From: a virus
Lineage: Duplodnaviria > Caudoviricetes
Length of the DNA: 54,681 nt
Direction: 5' to 3' (one strand)
Virus record (IMG/VR): IMGVR_UViG_3300012890_000002
Span: 1 to 54,681 of that record
The position numbers and the translations under genes are program-made. The notes beneath the pieces are model-generated. The model saw only the letters and a list, made by a program, of their open reading frames with translations. It searched no databases and had not been told where the DNA came from. Positions 54,337 to 54,681 of this stretch are shown piece after piece. The stretch's first letter is position 1. Each line of letters begins with the position of its first letter.

Positions 54337-54627
54337 AACTTGGAAGACACTCTCAGAACCGCTCGCCTAGAGCAGAAACGCTCTGCTGAGTGGGTCGCGG
54401 CTGAAGTAGGTGTCCATGCAAACACCATCCGGTACGCAGAAAACGGGCGCACCTCTATCGGCGTTGAGATTTTCCAACGGTGGGCGGCGGTACTTGGATT
54501 CGATGTGAAGCTGACCGCTAGAGAGTCCACGGCCCCAATTGTTCAAGAAATCCCTAACACCCCTCTCCCCGCTTCTGCCGGTGCTTCGGCGGGAGCGGGC
54601 GCCATGCCACAGGAGGCAACGGTATGA
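54334..54627 (+). CDS. cro: Cro-like XRE HTH regulator
   Basis: LRTARLEQKRSAEWVAAEVGVHANTIRYAENG; divergent from cI; leaderless. Confidence 0.88.
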   Translation: MNLEDTLRTARLEQKRSAEWVAAEVGVHANTIRYAENGRTSIGVEIFQRWAAVLGFDVKLTARESTAPIVQEIPNTPLPASAGASAGAGAMPQEATV

Positions 54628-54681
54628 CCCTACTCAAGCGCGTGCTGGCAGCAGTGAGATCGGCCCGACCGGGTGCAACCG
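54559..54681. repeat. Terminal direct overlap identical to 1-123
   Basis: Exact duplication of the window start. Confidence 0.97.

Overview
The window is a complete, circularly assembled (123-bp end overlap; unit length about 54,558 bp), high-GC temperate phage genome with a contractile tail (myovirus). It has a lambda-like layout: a cI/cro switch with 17-bp operators; a rightward early operon (antirepressor, initiator with an internal iteron origin, DnaB helicase, VRR-NUC nuclease); a promoter/terminator pair resembling lambda pR'/tR'; a long late operon (terminase, head, sheath/tube, tape measure, baseplate, several receptor-binding/depolymerase proteins, lysis genes, a second fibre module); and a leftward operon (MazG-like, PAPS-reductase-like, C5 methyltransferase, HNH). 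I found no integrase, but there is a ParA plus small partner gene with upstream iterons, so this is probably a phage-plasmid. Leaderless promoters and high GC suggest a Deinococcus-like host (inference only). The most notable locus is 43765-45344 on the minus strand. A sigma70-type promoter drives two tandem, covarying small structured RNAs with the core CGGUUACUUC, followed by a TROVE-vWA protein. As I recall the reference sequences, the protein motifs match the TEP1/p80 (vault/telomerase) TROVE branch rather than Ro60/Rsr, and the RNAs resemble eukaryotic vault RNAs. This would be a candidate phage-encoded TEP1-like/vault-RNA-like ribonucleoprotein. All family calls come from motif recognition by eye and memory; no searches were run.
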